Part shown: positions 43,195-55,168 of the stretch, in pieces
How the letters are laid out: each line of letters begins with the position of its first letter
How positions within the stretch are numbered: the stretch's first letter is position 1
Assembly (NCBI GenBank): GCA_963727485.1
Contig: CAVSGM010000011.1
Span: 256,001 to 320,000 of the forward strand
Direction of reading: 5' to 3'
DNA from: an uncultured delta proteobacterium
Lineage (GTDB): Bacteria; Myxococcota; Myxococcia; SLRQ01
DNA length: 64,000 bases
Made by a program: the position numbers and the translations under genes
Notes under the pieces: model-generated
The model's database searches: none
What the model saw: only the letters and a program-made list of their open reading frames with translations
Told to the model about the DNA's origin: nothing

Positions 43195-44042
43195 ATGGAC
43201 GAACGTACCCTCGGGAGCAAGGCAAGACGCATGGTCGGTGTGGTCCTCTTTGGCATCGGGCTCTCCTACGTCGTCGTCGGCGGTGGGGTGTTCGCCCTCC
43301 AGCGCAAGCTGGTGTTCCCGGCGCCGCCGGCGCAGCCCATGCCCACCGTGCCCGGGGCGGAGCAGCTCGCGATCCCGGGGAACCCCGGGCCGATCCACGC
43401 CCTGCGCCTGCCGCCGAAGGGCGACGCGCCCACGGTGCTCTTCTTCCACGGGAACGGGGAGCAGCTCGCGGACCTACCCGGCTTCGTGCAGGCGCTCCAC
43501 CTGAAGGGGCTCGGGGTGGTGGCCATGGAGTACCCGGGGTACGGGGCGAGCGCCGGGCAGAAGCCCAGCGAGGAGGCCATCGACGCCGACGCCGAGACCC
43601 TGATCCGCTGGCTCGAGGCGAACCGCGGGCTCACCGAGGACCGGCTGATCCTCGCCGGGCACTCCCTGGGCACCGGCGTGGCGACGGAGATGGCGGCGCG
43701 GGGGCACGGCCGGCGGCTGGTGCTCCTCTCGCCCTACACCTCCATCGCCGCGGTGGGGGCGCGGGTGGTGCCCTGGCTGCCCACCCGCCTGCTCACCCTC
43801 GACCGCTTCGACACCGCGGCCAAGGCGCCGAAGATCGAGATGCCGGTGCTCATCGTCCACGGCGGGCGGGACGTGGTGGTCCCGGTGCGGATGGGGAAGA
43901 AGCTGGCGAAGATCTTCCCCCACGCGACGCTGGATCTTGGCCCCGGGCGACCCACGATGTCCTCGACGACGTCCCGGATCTCGCCGGGGAGATCGCCCGC
44001 TTCGCCCGGGGCGAGCCGCCGGTGATCGCCCGGCACCCCTGA
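43195..44042 (+). CDS. Alpha/beta hydrolase (ABHD13/BEM46-like); apparent frameshift ~43940
   Basis: LFFHGNGE, EYPGYGAS, GHSLG, IVHGGRD; candidate catalytic His (ATHDV) lies in the shifted frame, which ends at 44042. Confidence 0.85.
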
Positions 44043-44079
44043 TCCGCGGGGGAGGCGTGCCGGGCGCCCGGCCGCCGCC

Positions 44080-44724
44080 CTAGAGCAGGGCGTCGAGGCC
44101 CGGGAGGACCTCGGCCCCGGTGGCGGCGAGGCGCTCGGGGGCCTGGTGGCCGCTGGGGACGAGCACGCAGCGCACGCCCATGGCCCGGGCGACCTCGGCG
44201 TCGTGGTCGGTGTCGCCGACCATGAGCACCGAGTCCGGGTCCACGTCGAGGGTGGCGATGAGGGCCCGCCCCTGGGCGACCTTGCCGCCGGCGTAGTGGT
44301 CCTCGAGGCCCACCAGCCGGCCGAAGCGGCCCGCGACCGAGAGGCGCCTCGCCTGGCCCTCGAGGCGGTGCTGCTGGCTGGCCGAGAGGACGCTCTGGCC
44401 GAGGCCGGCGTCGGCGACGGCGTCGAGGACCTCCCGGGCCGCCGGGTGGAGCTCGCAGGCGGTCTCCCGGGCCTGGTAGCCGTCGATGAACTCGGTGCCC
44501 ACCGCCTCGAAGGGCTCGGCCTCGAGGTCGAAGCCCAGGTCGGCGTAGTAGGCGCGCACCGGGAACCGAAAGACCCGCTGGTAGCGCTCGGCGGTGAGCC
44601 CGGGGAGGCCCCGCGCCTGGAGGAGGCCGTTCATCACCGAGACGCAGAGCCAGGCGTCGTCGAGGAGGGTGCCGTTCCAGTCCCAGATGAGGTGGCGGAC
44701 TCCGTCGAGGGGCGCGGGCGGCAT
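44080..44724 (-). CDS. HAD-superfamily hydrolase (phosphoglycolate phosphatase-like)
   Basis: WDWNGTLLDD, VLSAS, K, MVGDTDHD. Confidence 0.9.
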   Translation of the reverse strand: MPPAPLDGVRHLIWDWNGTLLDDAWLCVSVMNGLLQARGLPGLTAERYQRVFRFPVRAYYADLGFDLEAEPFEAVGTEFIDGYQARETACELHPAAREVLDAVADAGLGQSVLSASQQHRLEGQARRLSVAGRFGRLVGLEDHYAGGKVAQGRALIATLDVDPDSVLMVGDTDHDAEVARAMGVRCVLVPSGHQAPERLAATGAEVLPGLDALL

Positions 44725-44803
44725 GGGCGCATTCTCGGGCCCGGTCGTCGCCGGCGCAACCGGCCCCGCCGCGCTCGCCCCGGGCCCCCGCCCCCGCGCG
44801 CCG

Positions 44804-45577
44804 TCAGTCCGCCGGCCGCCGGCCGATCACCACGAAGACCCGGTGGGGCACCTGGAGGGGCTCGGCGGGGAAGCGCTCGGCGAGGATGGCGTCGAGGGCG
44901 GTGTCGAAGGCGGCGACCGCCTCGGGGCCCAGGGCCGCGCCCACCCCGGCGCTGGCGCGGATCCGCCCCCGCCAGGCCGCGTGGGTGTAGGGCACGGCCA
45001 CGTCGTAGGAGAAGGTCTCCAGGTCCCGGAAGCCGGCCTCGCCCAGGTCCCGGAGCCACTGGGGGTGGAGCCCGCTGCCCCCGCCCATGGTCCACACCGG
45101 GTTGTGGTCGAGGATGAGCTGCTCGGTGGCGTCGACCAGGTTCCCGGGCAGGGGGATCCAGTCGAAGTGGGCGATGACGAGGTGGCCGTCGGGCTTCAGG
45201 AGCCGGGTGGCCTCGGCGGCGGCGGCGTCCCGGCGGAACCAGTGCCAGCACTGGCCGGCGGTCACCAGGTCGGCGCTCGCCGCCGGGAGGCCCGTGTCCT
45301 CGGCCTGGCCCACCCGGTAGCTCACCTTCACCGCGTCGCTCGCGTCGAGGCGCCGGGCCTCGTCGAGCATGGCCTCGGACAGGTCCACCCCGGTCACCCG
45401 GCACCCCCGGCGGGCGAAGCCCCGGGCGAGCGACCCGGTGCCGGTGCCCAGGTCCACCACCGACTTGCCGTGGACCCCGAGGCCGCGCTCGGCGAGGCGC
45501 CCGAAGAACGACTCGGGGAAGCCGGCGCGGTGGGTGGCGTAGTCGCTCGCCGTCCGGCCGAAGTCGATGGGGGTCAT
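44804..45577 (-). CDS. Class I SAM-dependent methyltransferase
   Basis: DFGRTASDY..HRAGFP, VDLGTGTG, GVDLSEAML, AGQCWHWF. Confidence 0.9.
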   Translation of the reverse strand: MTPIDFGRTASDYATHRAGFPESFFGRLAERGLGVHGKSVVDLGTGTGSLARGFARRGCRVTGVDLSEAMLDEARRLDASDAVKVSYRVGQAEDTGLPAASADLVTAGQCWHWFRRDAAAAEATRLLKPDGHLVIAHFDWIPLPGNLVDATEQLILDHNPVWTMGGGSGLHPQWLRDLGEAGFRDLETFSYDVAVPYTHAAWRGRIRASAGVGAALGPEAVAAFDTALDAILAERFPAEPLQVPHRVFVVIGRRPAD

Positions 45578-47265
45578 GGGCGCCTCCGTCCGGCCGCGGC
45601 CGGGGGACCGCAGGCGCGGTCGAGGGTGAAGGGTCGCAGCAGCTTCACGTAGTTGAGGGGCACCCCGAAGCGCCGGACGGTGGCCACCACCTGGCCGCCC
45701 ACCTCGTTCTCCCGGTCGCGGCGGGTGGTGGCGAGGAAGAAGTCGGCGAGGTTCCGGTTGCCGGTGCTCACCAGCCACCGGGGGAGGTAGTAGTTGGTGC
45801 TCTCCTGGCCGCTCTCGTGGAAGACCAGGAGCCGGGGCGGGGGCCGGCCGGCGCAGCGGGCCTTCACGTAGGCCTCGAGGCGGCCGACCGCGGCCTTGTA
45901 GCTGGCGCCCCAGTAGTCGGTCTCGAACTCGGAGGCGGCGCCGGGGAGCCCGCCCACCAGCCCGTTGAAGTAGACGTACTCGTAGGGGTGGTAGCGGACC
46001 AGGGTGGCGGCGAGGACCGCCAGGTAGAAGACCGTGAGCCCGGTGGCGAGGCGGCGCAGGGCCGGGCGGGCCCGGCCGAGGCGGCGGAAGAGGGCGTCGA
46101 GGGCGCTCCCCCCGAGGACCGCCAGGGGCGGCACCAGGAAGAGCATGTGCCGCAGCCCGTCGTAGAGGACCGCCCGGCTCACCAGGACCCAGACCACCGG
46201 GAGGACCACGGTCATCGCCACCACCCCGTGTCGCTGCGCCGCCGGGTCGAGGAGGCGCCGGCGGTCCCGGGCCAGGGCCAGGACGCCCACCGCGGCGCCG
46301 CCGAGGACCAGCGCCAGGAGGCCCTCGGGGAGGGCGATGGCGAGCCACAGGGGCAGGTAGTACCAGGGCAGCTTCGTGGCGTGGATCTGGGCCCCGAGGA
46401 AGCGCACCGGGTAGTCCCAGGGGAAGTGGCTCATGTGGGCCAGGGCCACGAAGGGGCGGAGGAGCGGCGAGGGCTGGACCCAGGGCCAGAGGAGGACCAT
46501 CACCCCCCAGGCCGGGACCGCGACCCGCGCCAGGCTCGCCACCGCCGACCGGGCCGGGGGCCAGAGGGCGCGCCAGCGGCCGTCGCCCCGCCCGCGCCAC
46601 CGCCCCCCCTGGAGCACCGGCCAGAGGACCACCAGGCCGAGCAGCCCCACCACGTAGGCGAGGAGGAGCAGGCCGCCGATGCGGATCCCCAGGGTGATCC
46701 CCACGACGACCCCGAGGGGCAGGGCCCGGCGCCAGGGGATCCGCGGGAGGGTGGGGAGGGCGGCGACCAGGAGGAGGACGCTCCACAGGTAGCCCACGGC
46801 AAACGGCGCGTCCTTGGGGTCGGCGAAGGCGTGGCCGAGGAAGCGGCCGCAGAGGACCAGGAGCACCGCCCCGAGCAGGCCCGCCCGGGGCCCGGCGAGG
46901 CGGCGGCCCAGGCGCCAGGCGCCGGCGACGCCGAGGATCCCCACCAGCGCGCCCAGGAGGTGGCGGGTCTCGAAGAGGCCCAAGGGCGAGATCCGGGTGA
47001 GGGCGGCGGCGACGAGGTCGAAGGCCGGGCCGTAGAAGCGCAGGTCGCGGTAGGTGAAGGCGCCGTGATCGTGGCCCAGGGTGGCGAAGTAGCGGAGGAC
47101 CAGCTCGCCGTAGTGCTGCTGGATCGACTCGTCCCAGGTGACGCCGAAGTCCCGGAACACCAGGAGGGCGCCCACGACCAGGGCCGCGAGGAGGACCCAG
47201 GCGGCGACGTCCCAGGGGTCTGCGGGCAGATGCCAGCGGCGGCTCGGGGCGTCGGAGGAAGCCAT
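45574..47265 (-). CDS. GT-C fold (GT39/ArnT-like) membrane glycosyltransferase
   Basis: DFGVTWDE, YGPAFD, GHAFADPKD, PWYYLP, LYDGLRH, HPYEYVYFN, ETDYWG; polytopic. Confidence 0.8.
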   Translation of the reverse strand: MASSDAPSRRWHLPADPWDVAAWVLLAALVVGALLVFRDFGVTWDESIQQHYGELVLRYFATLGHDHGAFTYRDLRFYGPAFDLVAAALTRISPLGLFETRHLLGALVGILGVAGAWRLGRRLAGPRAGLLGAVLLVLCGRFLGHAFADPKDAPFAVGYLWSVLLLVAALPTLPRIPWRRALPLGVVVGITLGIRIGGLLLLAYVVGLLGLVVLWPVLQGGRWRGRGDGRWRALWPPARSAVASLARVAVPAWGVMVLLWPWVQPSPLLRPFVALAHMSHFPWDYPVRFLGAQIHATKLPWYYLPLWLAIALPEGLLALVLGGAAVGVLALARDRRRLLDPAAQRHGVVAMTVVLPVVWVLVSRAVLYDGLRHMLFLVPPLAVLGGSALDALFRRLGRARPALRRLATGLTVFYLAVLAATLVRYHPYEYVYFNGLVGGLPGAASEFETDYWGASYKAAVGRLEAYVKARCAGRPPPRLLVFHESGQESTNYYLPRWLVSTGNRNLADFFLATTRRDRENEVGGQVVATVRRFGVPLNYVKLLRPFTLDRACGPPAAAGRRRP

Positions 47266-47373
47266 GGGCGGGCGCCATGGTGGCAGCGTCTCCGCCGAAG
47301 GAAAAGGGGACGCGGGGTCGCACCTCCACCCCGTCCCGCCCACCCCCCGGCGAAAAAATCCCCAACCCCGGTC

Positions 47374-47402
47374 TTGATCGATCCTGTGGACGGGCCTATA
47401 AG
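47374..47402 (+). promoter_or_regulatory. Putative sigma70 promoter
   Basis: TTGATC (47374-47379), 17-nt spacer, TATAAG (47397-47402), A-tract upstream. Confidence 0.6.
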
Positions 47403-47405
47403 CCC

Positions 47406-47532
47406 CCTCTTGATGGACTTCAGGCTTCCGAATAGTCGAACGGTTCCGCCCAAGCGGTCGGGGTGCGGCCCGTTGAAGTCCGACCAGCTCAAGAGGCGCT
47501 CGGGGATTGGCTCCCCGGGCGCCTTTTCTTTT
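47406..47532 (+). ncRNA. Candidate structured sRNA or attenuating leader (family not recognised)
   Basis: Nested pairings CCTCTTGA/TCAAGAGG, GGACTTCA/TGAAGTCC, TTCCGA/TCGGGG and CCGC/GCGG between a promoter and a terminator. Confidence 0.5.
47495..47532 (+). terminator. Intrinsic terminator
   Basis: GGCGCTCGGGGA-ttggc-TCCCCGGGCGCC followed by TTTTCTTTT. Confidence 0.8.
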
Positions 47533-47561
47533 GGCACCTGACGCCGCTGGAGGCACGGTTC

Positions 47562-48314
47562 GTGGACGAGCGCATCAACAAGCTTCTTCGACTCCAGGAG
47601 ATCGACATCGAGATCCGCGACCTTGAGCAGGCCGCCGCGGCCTACCCCGCGCGGCTCAAGGAGATCGACGACGAGCTCGCCGCCGATCGGGCGGTGAGTG
47701 ACGCCCGACAGGCCGAGCTCGACGAGCTCGAGAAGCAACGACGGAACATCGAGGCGAACATCCAGCTCCAGAAGGAGCAGGTCCGCAAGTGGGAGGCTCG
47801 CCTCGCCGAGATCAAGACTCCCCGGGAGTACGCGGCCCTCTCCCGGGAGATCGACATCGCCAAGAAGGGCATGAGGAACCAGGAGGAAGAGGTCCTCGGG
47901 CTCATGGAGCAGGCCGAGGCCCTGCGCAACGAGATCGAGAAGATCGAGCGCGAGATCCTCGAGAAGGAGAAGGGGCACGAGGCCGAGCGCACCGAGCTCC
48001 AGGACAAGCTCGCGCACCTCGAGAGCGAGACCCAGCGCCTCTCCGGGGGCCGGGACGCGGCCACCGAGGGCATCGACAAGCGCCTCCTGCGCCAGTACGA
48101 CCTCATCCGCAGCCGTCGCGCCGGCGTGGCCCTGGCGGCGGTGACCGAGGGCGCGACCTGCGGCGCCTGCCGGATGCGCATCCTCCCCCAGCTCTACAAC
48201 GACCTGGTCAGCGGGCAGGCGGGGATCGCGAAGTGCCCGAGCTGCAACCGGATCCTCTACGTGCCCGACGCCGACGACGAGGACGAGAACGTCGCCGACG
48301 AGGCCCACGCGTGA
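47562..48314 (+). CDS. Coiled-coil + C4 zinc-ribbon protein (DUF164/CT398-like)
   Basis: GGAGG then GTG 47562; LLRLQEID, REYAAL..EI, CGACRMRI.PQ, CPSCNRILY. Confidence 0.88.
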   Translation: MDERINKLLRLQEIDIEIRDLEQAAAAYPARLKEIDDELAADRAVSDARQAELDELEKQRRNIEANIQLQKEQVRKWEARLAEIKTPREYAALSREIDIAKKGMRNQEEEVLGLMEQAEALRNEIEKIEREILEKEKGHEAERTELQDKLAHLESETQRLSGGRDAATEGIDKRLLRQYDLIRSRRAGVALAAVTEGATCGACRMRILPQLYNDLVSGQAGIAKCPSCNRILYVPDADDEDENVADEAHA

Positions 48315-48976
48315 GCGCGGCCCGTCGGGCCGCCAAGACCGACGTCGCGCCGGCAGCGCTCCTCCGGGCCCTCGCCGAGACCGGTGACCTCGCCGGCGCC
48401 GCCGCGCGCTTCCCCGGCCTCGACGCCGCCGGGGCCGCCCGGATCCTCCGGGAGGCCGCCGACGCCCTCGATCCCGAGGGGCGGGCGCCAGCGCCCGAAC
48501 CGGCGCCGTCCGCACCCGGGACGGCCCCGGGCGCGGCGAAGACCGGGCCCTCGGGGGTGACGATGCCCAAGCGGGTTCGGGTCTTCTCCGACGGCGCCGC
48601 CCGGGGCAACCCGGGCCCCGCCGGCGCCGGGGCGGTGATCCAGGCCCCGAACGGCGAGGTGGTCGCGCGCCTCGGCCGCTACCTGGGCCGGACCACCAAC
48701 AACGTCGCCGAGTACCAGGGCCTGCTCCTCGGGCTGCGCCACGCCCTCGCCGGGGGCGTCCGGGAGGTGCAGGTCGCCGCCGACTCGGAGCTGATGATCA
48801 AGCAGCTCCGCGGGCAGTACCAGGTGAAGGCGGCGCACCTCAAGCCGCTCTTCGCCGAGGCGCGGGCGCTCCTCGGGCGCTTCGACCGGGTGGAGCTGGT
48901 CCACGTCCCCCGGGCGGAGAACGCCGCCGCCGACCAGATGGCGAACCGCGCCGTCGACGAGCGCCTCGAGGACTGA
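48311..48976 (+). CDS. rnhA: Ribonuclease HI family protein with N-terminal extension
   Basis: FSDGAARGNPGPAGAG, TNNVAEY, DSEL..KQ..G.Y.VK, HVPRAEN..AD. Confidence 0.88.
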   Translation: MSAARRAAKTDVAPAALLRALAETGDLAGAAARFPGLDAAGAARILREAADALDPEGRAPAPEPAPSAPGTAPGAAKTGPSGVTMPKRVRVFSDGAARGNPGPAGAGAVIQAPNGEVVARLGRYLGRTTNNVAEYQGLLLGLRHALAGGVREVQVAADSELMIKQLRGQYQVKAAHLKPLFAEARALLGRFDRVELVHVPRAENAAADQMANRAVDERLED

Positions 48977-49048
48977 CGCGGGCGTGCCGCGGGGTCCCGG
49001 GCGCCGAGGGGTCGTGCTGGCGTGGCGTGGGCGTCGGCCCGGTGAAAA

Positions 49049-49441
<393 letters not shown>

Positions 49442-49520
49442 CGCCCAGGTAACACGTGGGGCCCGGGCCGGCAATCCCGGCGTGTGGCCCGCGGGACGCC
49501 ACCGGCTGCGGCGGGGGGCC

Positions 49521-50096
49521 CTAGCGGACCCGCAGGATCCCGGCGAGGACCCGGTTCTGCCCGTCGGTGCGCACCCGGTTGCGGTTCACCACGTCGAGGC
49601 GCTGGTTGCCCTGGTAGAACCCCACCCACAGCTCGTAGGACCGGGCCACCGCCCAGGTGGGCAGGTTCAGGCGCACCGTGTCCCGGACCACGTCGCCCTT
49701 CTCCCAGTCGCTGGTGGGGTATCGCCCCCCGGCGGGCTCGTGGTCGAAGTTGATGCGCCCGCCCTGGCCCCCGACCGGGTCGAGGTGGACGAAGACCCGC
49801 CAGCTCTGGACCGGGGCATCGACCGCCGTCCAGTAGAGGGTGAGGACCGAGGCGGTCCCGGGCTTGAGGGTGTCCGGTTCGAGGGTGTAGCCGTCGAAGC
49901 GGAGGCCGTCGTCGTAGAGGGCGCCCCCCCCGGTGAGCCCGGCCGGCGGCGCTGCCAGGCGCAGGTTGCCCAGGTGGCTGCGGTCGAACTGCTTGCGCCG
50001 GGAGACCGACCCCTCGGGGCGGATGATGCACCCGGCGAGGCCGAGGGCGAGGACGCAGACGACGGTGAAGGCGGTCCTCGTCCTTGCGTGACGCAT
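49521..50096 (-). CDS. Lipoprotein with Ig-like/carbohydrate-binding-like domain
   Basis: Lipobox LAGC; LTLYW, WRVFVHL, DH.P..G.YPTSDW.KG.VVRD, YELWVGFY. Confidence 0.65.
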   Translation of the reverse strand: MRHARTRTAFTVVCVLALGLAGCIIRPEGSVSRRKQFDRSHLGNLRLAAPPAGLTGGGALYDDGLRFDGYTLEPDTLKPGTASVLTLYWTAVDAPVQSWRVFVHLDPVGGQGGRINFDHEPAGGRYPTSDWEKGDVVRDTVRLNLPTWAVARSYELWVGFYQGNQRLDVVNRNRVRTDGQNRVLAGILRVR

Positions 50097-50181
50097 GGGG
50101 GCGGGGTACCACGGCCCCGGGCACCGGTCAAACGCCGGGGAACGACCGCTGCGTGCCGGCCGTTGCCCTCCCGAGGTCCCG

Positions 50182-50751
50182 ATGATCCTCTGGCTCTTCC
50201 TCCTCTTCACCCTGGTCCCGGTCGCCGAGCTCTACCTGCTCATCAAGGTGGGCGGGCTCATCGGCGCCCTGCCGACCATCGGCATCGTCCTGGTCACCGG
50301 CGCCGCCGGGGCCAGCCTCGCCCGGTGGCAGGGGCTCGCGGCCCTCGAGGAGATCCAGGCGGCGATGAGCGAGGGCCGGGTCCCGGGGCAGGCGCTCCTC
50401 GCCGGGGTCCTGGTCCTCGCCGGGGGCCTGCTCCTGGTGACCCCGGGGATCCTCACGGACGTCACCGGCCTCCTGCTCCTGGTGCCCCCGGTGCGCCGGG
50501 GGGTGGCCCGGCTCCTCTCCGGGTACTTCCGCCACCGGATCGAGCTCCACGTGGGGGGCTTCGAGGTGCCCCCGGGCTTCGGGGGCCAGGGCGACGGAGG
50601 TCCCGCCGCCGGGCGCACGGTGGACGCGGACTTCGACGCCGGGCGCGACCCCGGTGGCGGCGCGGGAGGCGGGGACACCGGCGCCCGGCAGGGCGAAGAG
50701 CCCGGGCGCGGCGGCTCGCGCCCCCTCGGCGACGGCGGTCAGGACCCCTGA
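50182..50751 (+). CDS. fxsA: FxsA family membrane protein
   Basis: LFTLVP.AELYLLIKVG, ARWQG, GGLLLVTPG.LTD..GLLLL.P..R. Confidence 0.88.
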   Translation: MILWLFLLFTLVPVAELYLLIKVGGLIGALPTIGIVLVTGAAGASLARWQGLAALEEIQAAMSEGRVPGQALLAGVLVLAGGLLLVTPGILTDVTGLLLLVPPVRRGVARLLSGYFRHRIELHVGGFEVPPGFGGQGDGGPAAGRTVDADFDAGRDPGGGAGGGDTGARQGEEPGRGGSRPLGDGGQDP

Positions 50752-51770
50752 CGCCGGATCCGCACCTGCCGGATCCCCCCGTCACGGATGACCGTGAGGT
50801 GGATCCCCGCGGGCCCGGCGAGCGCCCAGGCCCGGAGCACCGTCTCCGGCCCCAGGACCCTCCGGCCGTCGACCTCGACCACCAGGTCGCCGGTCTCGAG
50901 CCCCGAGGCGGCGGCGACCCCGGTGACCGCCCGGACCATCACCCCTTCGGTGTGGTGGGCGTAGACGTGGACCCGCCGGGGCGGGAGCGTGGCGTCGAAG
51001 TAGCGGTAGACCGCGAAGCGGGCGGCGTCCCGGTCCAGGGGGCCGAGGCGGGCCAGGGACGCGGCGCTCCCCCCGTCGCCCGGGCGGGCGTGGAAGGCGA
51101 AGGCGCAGCCGGGGTTCTCCACCAGCGTCGCCCCCAGGTCGGTGGGGAGGTCGCCGCCGCCCCCGAGGATGTCCAGGGCCCACGCCACCAGGGCGCGGTT
51201 GGCCCGGGTCAGGGGCTGGAGGGGATCCCAGTCGGGGAGGTCGGCGAAGGGGTCGAGGCGGACCCGGGCCCGGCCGTGGAGGAGCACCCGCCCGGTCTGG
51301 ACCGAGATCACCTCCAGGTGGGCGACGAGGGTCCGCACCTCGGTGCGCACCTGCCCCACCGGCCGCCCCTGGGCGTCGTAGGTCATCTTGGCGCCGGTCT
51401 GGACCCGCTCCTCGGCCCAGGGCCGCAGGGCCACGGTCTGGCGCGTGGAGACCGCGTCGCGGGTCAGGGGCGTGATGAGGTTGGTGGCGGCCAGCACGCG
51501 GTTGGAGCGCCGCCGGAGGACCTGGAAGTCGCCCGGGCCGTAGACCAGGTAGCCTCCGTGGGCCAGGACCGTGTCCACCGCGGCCCGGGTCTCCTCCCAG
51601 GCGTGCCACGGGGGCTCGGCCCAGCGGAAGGCATAGGGGTAGACGGCGATGGCCCGGGGCCGCAGGGTCCGGGCCCGGGGGCGCACCCGGCCGCGGATGG
51701 GGATCCCGCTGCAGCCGGCGGCGGCGAGGACGGCGACGAGGAGGACGACCCTGGGTGCCGCCCGGGGCAT
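50739..51770 (-). CDS. Lipoprotein with C-terminal PDZ-like domain
   Basis: Lipobox AAGC; C-terminal GVMVRAV..VAAASGLETGDLVVEVDG...LTVIRDG. Confidence 0.65.
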   Translation of the reverse strand: MPRAAPRVVLLVAVLAAAGCSGIPIRGRVRPRARTLRPRAIAVYPYAFRWAEPPWHAWEETRAAVDTVLAHGGYLVYGPGDFQVLRRRSNRVLAATNLITPLTRDAVSTRQTVALRPWAEERVQTGAKMTYDAQGRPVGQVRTEVRTLVAHLEVISVQTGRVLLHGRARVRLDPFADLPDWDPLQPLTRANRALVAWALDILGGGGDLPTDLGATLVENPGCAFAFHARPGDGGSAASLARLGPLDRDAARFAVYRYFDATLPPRRVHVYAHHTEGVMVRAVTGVAAASGLETGDLVVEVDGRRVLGPETVLRAWALAGPAGIHLTVIRDGGIRQVRIRRQGS

Positions 51771-52021
51771 CAGGCGGCGAGGCGCGCGTCGAGCTCCCCG
51801 GCCCGGTCCAGGGCCGAGAGCTGATCGTAGCCGCCGATGCACTCGTCGCCGATGAAGATCATGGGGACGGTGCGCATCCCCGAGCGCTCGGCGGCCTCGG
51901 CGCGGCGGGCGCGGTCGGAGACGTCGACGTTGGTGTAGGCGACGCCCTTGCCGTCGAGGAGGGCCAGGGCGGCCCGGCAGTAGGGGCAGTAGGGCGTGGT
52001 GTAGAGGGTGACCGGCTTCAC
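51770..52021 (-). CDS. grxC: Glutaredoxin 3-like
   Basis: AAGGAG RBS and GTG start; CPYC, TVPMIFIG, IGGYD. Confidence 0.9.
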   Translation of the reverse strand: MKPVTLYTTPYCPYCRAALALLDGKGVAYTNVDVSDRARRAEAAERSGMRTVPMIFIGDECIGGYDQLSALDRAGELDARLAA

Positions 52022-52114
52022 GAGCTGCTCCTTCGAGGTGGAGCCCCCATCATAACCCCGCGGGCGTCGCCGCAAAGGGCGGGAGGCCCCGAACGCGAGA
52101 GGCCCCGCAACGCA

Positions 52115-52147
52115 GGAGCCCCCGACGACCGGGTCGCCGGGGGCTCC
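52115..52147. terminator. GC-rich hairpin downstream of groEL
   Basis: GGAGCCCCCGACGACC / GGTCGCCGGGGGCTCC inverted repeat; U-tract weak. Confidence 0.5.
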
Positions 52148-52174
52148 GAGACTGCGAGGCGCGAAGGCGCTGGG

Positions 52175-53824
<1,650 letters not shown>

Positions 53825-53862
53825 TCAGAACTCCTGACTGGGGTGTGAAGAAGGGGGTGGGG

Positions 53863-54152
53863 CTACTTCTCGATGACGCCGAGGATGTCTTCCTCGCGCA
53901 TCATCAGGTGCTCCTCGCCCTCGATCTTGATCTCGGTGCCCGCGTACTTGCTGAAGAGGACCGTGTCGCCGACCTTGACGTCGAGCTTGCGGACCGTGCC
54001 GTCCTCGAGATCTTGCCGTTGCCCACGGCGACGATCTTGCCCTCGAGGGGCTTCTCCTTGGCGGTGTCGGGGATGATGATCCCGCCCTTGGTCTTCTCTT
54101 CCTCCTCGACACGGTGGACGACCACGCGATCGTGAAGCGGCCTGATCTTCAT
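53863..54152 (-). CDS. groS: Co-chaperonin GroES; one base missing ~54010 (likely assembly error)
   Basis: [36 protein letters not shown], then in the shifted frame [33 protein letters not shown]. Confidence 0.95.
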
Positions 54153-54245
54153 GGGTGACTCTCCTGATTCCTGATTCCGGCCCGTGGCCGGAGTCGGCTG
54201 TGGGAAAAAAAGGTCTGCGCCAGCCCCCCGGGGGCGGCGGTCTTG

Positions 54246-54272
54246 TTAGCACTCGCCCGAGGTGAGTGCTAA
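54246..54272. promoter_or_regulatory. CIRCE element (HrcA operator)
   Basis: Perfect TTAGCACTC-N9-GAGTGCTAA upstream of groES. Confidence 0.97.
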
Positions 54273-54280
54273 CCGCCGCC

Positions 54281-54309
54281 ATGTATAAGGCCTGGACCCG
54301 GGACGTCAA
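54281..54309 (-). promoter_or_regulatory. Putative groESL promoter
   Basis: Minus-strand TTGACG ... TATACAT immediately upstream of CIRCE. Confidence 0.55.
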
Positions 54310-54544
54310 CCGGCGCCCGGCCGATTTTTTTCTCCTGGGATTTCGAGCCCTTGGATCCGAGCGCACCCGGCCCGGCCCCCGCCGTCGACCGGGCCGGCCC
54401 CCGGGCCCCGGACCGTGCATCCGCCCCCCGGGTGCAGGCTGGCTGCCCAGGATGTGGGCAGATGTGTGCCCAACCGTTTGGATTTGTTGGGGATCCCGGG
54501 CTACCATCTTCATGGGAGTCCTCGAGCCCCTCCAGGAGGTGAAC

Positions 54545-55168
54545 GTGACCGAGCCCAAGGACATCGTGACCGCGCCGGACACCCGGGCCTTCTTCCATGA
54601 CCGGGTGCGTCAGGTCCTCACCCACCACGACCTGCGCCTCGACGACCACACCGAGTTCTACCTGGTGAACCTCCTCGCCGACGCCGCCCGCCCCGAGCAG
54701 CTCTACGAGGTCGACGCCGAGGGACGCCGGGACGAGGTCCCCCTGGCCTTCCTCCTCGCCCGGGCCCTCGCCCAGCCCCCGCGCCAGCGCCTGGCCACCT
54801 TCCGGCGCCTCGGCGACCGGAGCCTGGTGGTCTCGGGCTTCTTCTCCGACAGCCTCGCCGGGCGCCTGGTCGACGTGGACTACTACATCGCCATGGGGGG
54901 ACGTGCCTACGAGCACGCCGCGGAGCTCACCGGGACCACCGGCGTCCCCCGGCCCTTCGCCGGCGTGTTCTCCGAGCTCGCCCGACGCTTCACCGATCTG
55001 GTCGACTGCCTCATGGAGCTCTCGGAGGAGGCCCGGACCACCAAGAGCACCGACGTGGTCCGCACCTACGAGCGCTGGCGCCACACCGGCAGCACGCGGC
55101 TCGCCCGGCGCCTCACCCGCCAGGGCATCGTCCTCACCCCGGGGAAGCAGGGCGGCTGGGTCCACTGA
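54545..55168 (+). CDS. Hypothetical protein
   Basis: AGGAGGT RBS and GTG 54545; [44 protein letters not shown]3-biased. Confidence 0.75.
   Translation: MTEPKDIVTAPDTRAFFHDRVRQVLTHHDLRLDDHTEFYLVNLLADAARPEQLYEVDAEGRRDEVPLAFLLARALAQPPRQRLATFRRLGDRSLVVSGFFSDSLAGRLVDVDYYIAMGGRAYEHAAELTGTTGVPRPFAGVFSELARRFTDLVDCLMELSEEARTTKSTDVVRTYERWRHTGSTRLARRLTRQGIVLTPGKQGGWVH

Noticed and set aside
43120..47340. Integrated mobile element next to the tRNA
   Set aside because: The genes lie on the tRNA 5' side, with no integrase, att duplication or obvious compositional shift
47406..47532. 6S RNA or SRP RNA
   Set aside because: Too short for 6S and lacks the SRP domain IV motif
47413..47541. 42-aa leader peptide MDFRLPNSRT...
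   Set aside because: Codon usage is unlike the genome's genes, there is no amino-acid run suggesting attenuation, and it runs through the terminator
53863..54152. groES as a true pseudogene or programmed frameshift
   Set aside because: Both halves are intact, CIRCE and groEL are intact, and there is no slippery site; a one-base consensus error is more parsimonious
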